Of a stretch of DNA of 64,000 bases, positions 59,002 through 64,000 are shown one piece after another. A program made the position numbers and the translations under genes. The DNA is from Candidatus Zhuqueibacterota bacterium (GTDB taxonomy: Bacteria; Zhuqueibacterota; Zhuqueibacteria; Thermofontimicrobiales; Thermofontimicrobiaceae), in assembly GCA_049322915.1 (NCBI GenBank), contig JBMOPW010000034.1:520567-584566 (forward strand). Reading direction: 5' to 3'. The notes under the pieces are model-generated. The model ran no database searches. It saw only the letters and a program-made list of their open reading frames with translations, and was not told the DNA's origin. Each line of letters opens with the position of its first letter. Positions within the stretch are counted from its first letter, which is position 1.

Positions 59002-59544
59002 TTGACAATTGAATCCGACCGGCAATTGATGTTGGAATTCCAATCTGGAGATGAGACTGCTTTTCTTGAACTTCACCAGAGAATTAAAACTGGATTATGG
59101 CTCTATTGTTTAAAAATGATTGGAGATGAAGAAGTTGCGGCTGACTTATTCCAGGATATCATTACGAAATTAATTACCAAAAAACATCTCTTTAACGGAA
59201 AAGGATCTGCCTTTGGATGGATTTTCAAAATTGCCAGAAATCATATTTTAAATGTAAAAACACGAACCCAATTCCATTTATCCATCGAAAGTATTGAAGC
59301 CATATCTACAGAAAACTATGATATTCATTTTGAAAACAAGGAACACTTTAAACTCGTTATCGCCTACATTGAAAAACTACCAGATGACCTGAAAGACGCA
59401 ATTCTCTTACATGATATAAATGACTTATCCTATGATGAAATTGCTGATATCATGGACATTTCAGTTGATGCGATACGAATGCGAGTTTATCGTGCTCGAA
59501 AACAACTACGCACTTGGTTGATGCCAATAATTTATCCGGAATAA
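59002..59544 (+). CDS. ECF RNA polymerase sigma factor
   Basis: GDE.AF..L, A.DL.QD, W.F.IARN, LSY.EIA.IM......RM.VYRAR..L; probable TTG start. Confidence 0.85.
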   Translation: MTIESDRQLMLEFQSGDETAFLELHQRIKTGLWLYCLKMIGDEEVAADLFQDIITKLITKKHLFNGKGSAFGWIFKIARNHILNVKTRTQFHLSIESIEAISTENYDIHFENKEHFKLVIAYIEKLPDDLKDAILLHDINDLSYDEIADIMDISVDAIRMRVYRARKQLRTWLMPIIYPE

Positions 59545-59551
59545 TTTAACA

Positions 59552-60067
59552 ATGGTGAAAAGGATGAACTCACAAAATGACACTATTGACGACATCGAAA
59601 AACTCATTTTCGCATTTTGCGATGGAGAAATAACCAACGAAAACGAAATTGAGTTGATGTCAGTATTATTAAAAAATGAATCTGCCCGGTCTTTGTTCAA
59701 ATTTCATTTGGGCTTAAAACATACCACGAACACATTAAACTCCAAAATCTATTTTCCGAAAAAATTAGAAAATAATCTACGTCAACCATCCCTAATTAAA
59801 TCAAAAAAAGAAAGGCAGCCTGTTCAAGCGATTTCCGGTTTTTGGCAACGACAATTTTTCATAACACCCCTCAAAGCTGCCTCCATTTTAATTTTTGTAT
59901 TTATAAGTGCACTTTTCTTCGCAAAACTAACTCTTCCTGTAAAGCCAAACCAGGCTTCAAAAGTTATAGCCGGAGACATGGCAAATATTAAAAAACTCAG
60001 AGAACATATTAAAAAAATAAAAATTACAGTCAACGATCAAGTCAATTTCAAAAAAAAGGAAATGTGA
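59552..60067 (+). CDS. Putative membrane anti-sigma factor
   Basis: Follows the ECF sigma; N-terminal DGEI helical domain plus a single TM helix. Confidence 0.6.
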   Translation: MVKRMNSQNDTIDDIEKLIFAFCDGEITNENEIELMSVLLKNESARSLFKFHLGLKHTTNTLNSKIYFPKKLENNLRQPSLIKSKKERQPVQAISGFWQRQFFITPLKAASILIFVFISALFFAKLTLPVKPNQASKVIAGDMANIKKLREHIKKIKITVNDQVNFKKKEM

Positions 60068-61116
60068 TATTAATGAAAAAATGGATTACAATCTTTTTTT
60101 TATTCATAGTGGCCAACACAATCACAGCGCAAGAAATCGCAGGGCCATTTCAAATTGAACTTAAGGTTTTCAGGAAAAATGTCAATCGCACTGACTGCTT
60201 TTATGATGAAATCAATTATGATAATCCGAAACGATTCCAATTAACCATTTATAATTACGCAAAATTAGAAAGCATTAATATTCGAAAAATAAATATCTAT
60301 TCCAAACCTGTTGGCTCTGATGCAAACCTTGAAAGCATTAAGGGGACATTGCCCTTCATTAAATATTTTGAATTCAAAATTCAACCGATAAATTATGTTC
60401 CAGCGAACAAAACTCTCAAAGTTCAAATTGATTTTATTGTAGACGAATTTATTAAATTTGAATCGAACAAGATGAAGCAGCTATTAGAAAGAAGCTTCTT
60501 TTCAGTCTGCAAAAACATTCCTTTGGGAAAACCATTTGAAATACTTGAAATTAATTCAACTGACTCTCTCCATTATGTTACAATCGAAATTTATAATAAA
60601 TACCTACCACCACCATTTCAATTAAAGAATGACCAAATTCAAAAATTAATTCCAGCAGATCTATTAAAAGTTGAAAATTCAATATTCCCTCCCATCCATT
60701 GGCGGATCTTGCATTTAGTAACCGATAACAAAATTGATAAAAAATTTTGGTTAGATGAAAAAGTCGCTTGGGCATTTATAAAAAATAATGAAAATTTTAA
60801 TTTTAGTCATCAAACTTTAGTTTCAAAGTTAGAATACATTTTTCCTGAAAGAAATGAAAAAGGAGATATTGAAATACAGACAATTTTCATTCCCAGAAAG
60901 GTTATAGGACGCGAAATTGAGTTTACTTTGCTTTTATTCACCAAACCTTCGATTGACAATGAAAACAACCCATTACTTTACCGAAAAGATATTTCAATCA
61001 AAAATGATGAACCACTCGAAATCGAAGTTGAATTTTTCAAGAATAGTCCCTTTCGTACTTTCTTTTATATTACAGCTTATTTTAATGAGGATTTGAAGAA
61101 AAAATACAGACATTAA
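60064..61116 (+). CDS. Hypothetical secreted protein
   Basis: Signal peptide MKKWITIFFLFIVANTITA-Q; AT-rich. Confidence 0.6.
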   Translation: MILMKKWITIFFLFIVANTITAQEIAGPFQIELKVFRKNVNRTDCFYDEINYDNPKRFQLTIYNYAKLESINIRKINIYSKPVGSDANLESIKGTLPFIKYFEFKIQPINYVPANKTLKVQIDFIVDEFIKFESNKMKQLLERSFFSVCKNIPLGKPFEILEINSTDSLHYVTIEIYNKYLPPPFQLKNDQIQKLIPADLLKVENSIFPPIHWRILHLVTDNKIDKKFWLDEKVAWAFIKNNENFNFSHQTLVSKLEYIFPERNEKGDIEIQTIFIPRKVIGREIEFTLLLFTKPSIDNENNPLLYRKDISIKNDEPLEIEVEFFKNSPFRTFFYITAYFNEDLKKKYRH

Positions 61117-61180
61117 TTTTTCAATAATATGTTTTCCAATAAATTTTTGATTGTGATAAAATTTGTATGAAGGAGGAGCA

Positions 61181-62191
61181 ATGTACAGAGCATTAATTTT
61201 ACTGTTTTCTTTCATGTTTTCATTCAATCTTTACAGCCAGCAAAATAAAATCTCGAAAATTCATTTAAAACCGAAATTGGAGATAGGCATTGAACAAACA
61301 GATTTTGAATTTGCAGTTGAAAATGTTGATACCAATTATATTTTTGGAAGAATCACCGATGTTGCTTCAGACAAAATTGGAAACATTTACATTGTTGATG
61401 GGCCCAACAATTGTATTAAAAAATTCGATTCTGCCGGAACTTATATGTTAACAATAGGACAAAAAGGTGAAGGGCCAGGGGAATTCAAACGAATAACCGA
61501 CGTTTTTATAACAGAATCAGGCGATGTTTATGTCTGTGATTCCGGAAATAGAAGAATCAGTATTTTTTCGTCTTCAGGAAAATTTCAAAATTCTTACCAG
61601 GTTACGGCAATGGCCATGCCAGCCCGCATTGTCGTAGATAATCAAAACAATTCCTACATAATTGGATTTCTCACCTACTCAGGTGATATCATAAAAAAAT
61701 ACAACAAACATGGGGTTCTTGTTCATGAGTTCTGTCAATGGCAAAAAGGAGCAACATTGGCAGCAATGGCCGGCAATATCGGTCATTTAGCTGTTGATGA
61801 ACAGAATTGTATTTATTACAGCTTTTCATTTCCTTATGAAATTCGAAAATTCTCGTCTGCCGGTGAACAGCTCCAAGTGATCAAAAGAGATGTCTCATTT
61901 TTTAAGGAACCTTCCAGAGCCAAAAAAACCGAATCTCATATTATAGGCGGAGAGCAAACAGCAAAATCGGCTGGCTTATTTCTTATACCTGATTCAAAAA
62001 TACTGCATATAATTTGGGGAAAGAAAGAAGGATTTTTTTCTGACGTATTCAGGATGGATGGAAAACTTTTATTCAATTCTCCCTTTGAAATTAACGGTAG
62101 ATTTGGACATGTCGATGCCACGGGTAATATCTATATAATACAAGACGAACCCTATCCAAAGATTGCCAAATATAAAATATTTTTAGACTGA
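61181..62191 (+). CDS. Secreted NHL-repeat / 6-bladed beta-propeller protein
   Basis: Signal peptide; repeated D..GNIYIVD, IG.KGEGPGEF, VYVCDSGNRRI.IF. Confidence 0.82.
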   Translation: MYRALILLFSFMFSFNLYSQQNKISKIHLKPKLEIGIEQTDFEFAVENVDTNYIFGRITDVASDKIGNIYIVDGPNNCIKKFDSAGTYMLTIGQKGEGPGEFKRITDVFITESGDVYVCDSGNRRISIFSSSGKFQNSYQVTAMAMPARIVVDNQNNSYIIGFLTYSGDIIKKYNKHGVLVHEFCQWQKGATLAAMAGNIGHLAVDEQNCIYYSFSFPYEIRKFSSAGEQLQVIKRDVSFFKEPSRAKKTESHIIGGEQTAKSAGLFLIPDSKILHIIWGKKEGFFSDVFRMDGKLLFNSPFEINGRFGHVDATGNIYIIQDEPYPKIAKYKIFLD

Positions 62192-62283
62192 TTATTATAC
62201 TATTGGGGACATTTGATTAACATCAAATCTAAAACCAAGGTTGAGAAAAGCAGATAAGAACGTGTTTGTTTTTATAAATATAA

Positions 62284-62685
62284 CTATTTTGAGGAAGATA
62301 AAACATCCAGAGATTCAATTTTCGAAAAATGGGCACGATCGAGTGTTGCGATGGACATTTTTTCGTGAATTGCCACACCAGCAAGAAGAATGTCCATCAA
62401 GTTAATTAACTGATTTTTTGATCGGAGCTCCACAAAAACTTGACCAGCCTTTAAACTATGCATAGAATTAAAGTCAATTTTATCAAATAAATCCAATAAT
62501 TTTCTTGCTTCATCTTTTCTTTTCTGTCCCTTGCAACCACAATAAAACTCAAATTCAGTAATAGATGAAATAAAAAATTTAGCGCTTTCATTCATCAATT
62601 CCCAAAGGTAACTTTTACTTTTATTTTGCTTCCTAAAATATTCAATCAAAACACTTGTATCAATCAGAATTCGTCTGGCTTCCAC
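62284..62685 (-). CDS. vapC: PIN-domain toxin (VapC family)
   Basis: LIDTSVLI, SITEFE, MDILLA..A, TLD..HF. Confidence 0.85.
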   Translation of the reverse strand: MEARRILIDTSVLIEYFRKQNKSKSYLWELMNESAKFFISSITEFEFYCGCKGQKRKDEARKLLDLFDKIDFNSMHSLKAGQVFVELRSKNQLINLMDILLAGVAIHEKMSIATLDRAHFSKIESLDVLSSSK

Positions 62686-62924
62686 TTATTTAATTCCTCT
62701 CTCACTTGTTCAAAATGTTTTATCTCCTCACCAGACCAGACAGGAAAATCAAGGAGAGCTTTTTGGATTTGTTGATTAAGAAATTTTTGATTATCTTTCA
62801 AAGTTACACTCCTAACAACTAAAAAAATATCAGCATCGCCCGGCGGGACATCAGTCGGTAAATCCAGGCTTAAATTTAGATGTCTATTTTCCGGGATTTT
62901 TGTTTTTAAATGCAATTTTATCAT
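62664..62924 (-). CDS. Putative antitoxin partner of VapC
   Basis: 86-aa ORF overlapping the vapC start. Confidence 0.6.
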   Translation of the reverse strand: MIKLHLKTKIPENRHLNLSLDLPTDVPPGDADIFLVVRSVTLKDNQKFLNQQIQKALLDFPVWSGEEIKHFEQVREELNKWKPDEF

Positions 62925-63005
62925 TTTCTTCTCCTGAAAACATCATTTTTAATATACCAATTTCTCAACACCAAGTCAACTCAATTTCTCACTGAGCAGC
63001 CCCCA

Positions 63006-63806
63006 TCACACGCCGGGCAGCACCTGCATGAACTCTTTCAACTTCTCGCGCAGTTGCTGATAATCCAGATCCGGATACAGCGTTCCCTCGTGAGCGATGG
63101 AGATTTTGCCGCTCTCTTCGGAGACGACAATAATCACGGCATCCGATTCTTCGGACAGTCCCAATGCCGCCCGGTGCCGTGTGCCGTATTTGGGGTCAAG
63201 GTGCGGATTCTGGCTCAATGGCAGAATGCACTGGGCCGCCTCGATGGCTTCGTTCTGGATGACAAGAGCGCCATCGTGCAGAGGCGACCGCGGGTTAAAA
63301 ATCGAGACAATCAATGGCGTGGACACTTCGGCGCGAATGCTTTGCCCTGTCTCCAGAATGGATTTGACGCCGGTATTCTGCACTAACACCAGTAGTCCGC
63401 CGAATCCCCGTTTGCTCAATTCAATAGCCGCTTTCACCACGTCTTCGGTGATGCGACGGGTGATAGGCACTTTCAGTAATTTTCGGATGATCGGAATTTG
63501 GCCCAGATAAATCAGGATGCGCCGCAACTCAGGCTGGAACAGAATCACAAACGCCAACAACCAGATCGTTCGCAAGTTTTGGAAAATCCAACTTAACCCG
63601 CTCAACCCTAATAGTTGAACCGCAAAGGAAACGATGAGAATGAGCACCAGTCCGATGAACATTTGCGCCGCGCGGGAGCCCCGGACAAAAAAATACAGTT
63701 TGTACAATACCCAGGAAATGACCGCAATGTCCAGAATATCGATCACGGTTACCGTCAAAAATCCGATCTTGAACAATTCCAATCGAATACCCATGTCAAT
63801 TTCCAC
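63006..63806 (-). CDS. cdaA: Diadenylate cyclase CdaA
   Basis: Three TM helices, FQPELRR, PLHDGA, GTRHRAA, VSEE.G. Confidence 0.92.
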   Translation of the reverse strand: MEIDMGIRLELFKIGFLTVTVIDILDIAVISWVLYKLYFFVRGSRAAQMFIGLVLILIVSFAVQLLGLSGLSWIFQNLRTIWLLAFVILFQPELRRILIYLGQIPIIRKLLKVPITRRITEDVVKAAIELSKRGFGGLLVLVQNTGVKSILETGQSIRAEVSTPLIVSIFNPRSPLHDGALVIQNEAIEAAQCILPLSQNPHLDPKYGTRHRAALGLSEESDAVIIVVSEESGKISIAHEGTLYPDLDYQQLREKLKEFMQVLPGV

Positions 63807-63895
63807 TTTATTTTTAAATGTAGGTCATCATCAGTGATTCAACAGCGCGTTCAGCCAGAAGTTCTCATTCACTTCGTTCTTCAGAATGGCGCTCG

Positions 63896-64000
63896 CTACC
63901 CGAGCTCCGGAGTCGACTTCCCGACGATTAAATCCGCAATGCGGCACACACGCGACATCTCTTTTACATCATGGACGCGAACGATATGCGCGCCATGTTG
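63896..64000 (-). CDS. folP: Dihydropteroate synthase, C-terminal fragment, truncated by window edge
   Basis: Manual translation QHGAHIVRVHDVKEMSRVCRIADLIVGK contains the GAxIVRVHDV signature; folP-cdaA order is common. Confidence 0.8.
   Translation of the reverse strand, partial: QHGAHIVRVHDVKEMSRVCRIADLIVGKSTPELG

Noticed and set aside
1..64000. CRISPR array, tRNA or rRNA genes
   Set aside because: No regularly spaced identical repeats with unique spacers, no cas genes, and no cloverleaf or rRNA signature recognised by eye

Overview
This is bacterial chromosomal DNA of moderate GC with AT-rich inserts. The lineage cannot be fixed from the sequence alone. The left half (+ strand) is a long acyl-CoA metabolism region: a split B12 mutase with isobutyryl-CoA-mutase signature residues, a PCC-type carboxylase, an archaeal-type HMG-CoA synthase/thiolase/DUF35 trio, methylcrotonyl-CoA carboxylase with a LiuC-like hydratase, and a crotonase. 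It is interspersed with manA, sugar epimerase/kinase genes and a pair of coiled-coil proteins. The right half (mostly - strand) carries tldD/tldE, a K+ channel, a variant anaerobic purine-catabolism cluster (two XdhABC-type sets, a DHOD-like/ferredoxin protein, YgeY, a YgeW-like enzyme and a threonine-synthase-like enzyme), ugd, a lexA-imuB-dnaE2 cassette, an AT-rich ECF sigma/anti-sigma/NHL block, vapBC, cdaA and the end of folP. The most notable non-housekeeping signals are: (1) a lone integron gene cassette with an intact attC site, encoding a nuclease-like protein and inserted in the liu cluster; (2) an AT-rich nuclease-like + TPR two-gene module, a candidate defence or TA system; (3) three tandem TAAC-N4-GTTA-like boxes over the predicted lexA start site; (4) several MITE/REP-like repeat families, including a 161-bp MITE nested inside other repeats at both of its locations. 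No rRNA, tRNA, CRISPR array, integrase or transposase gene was recognised.
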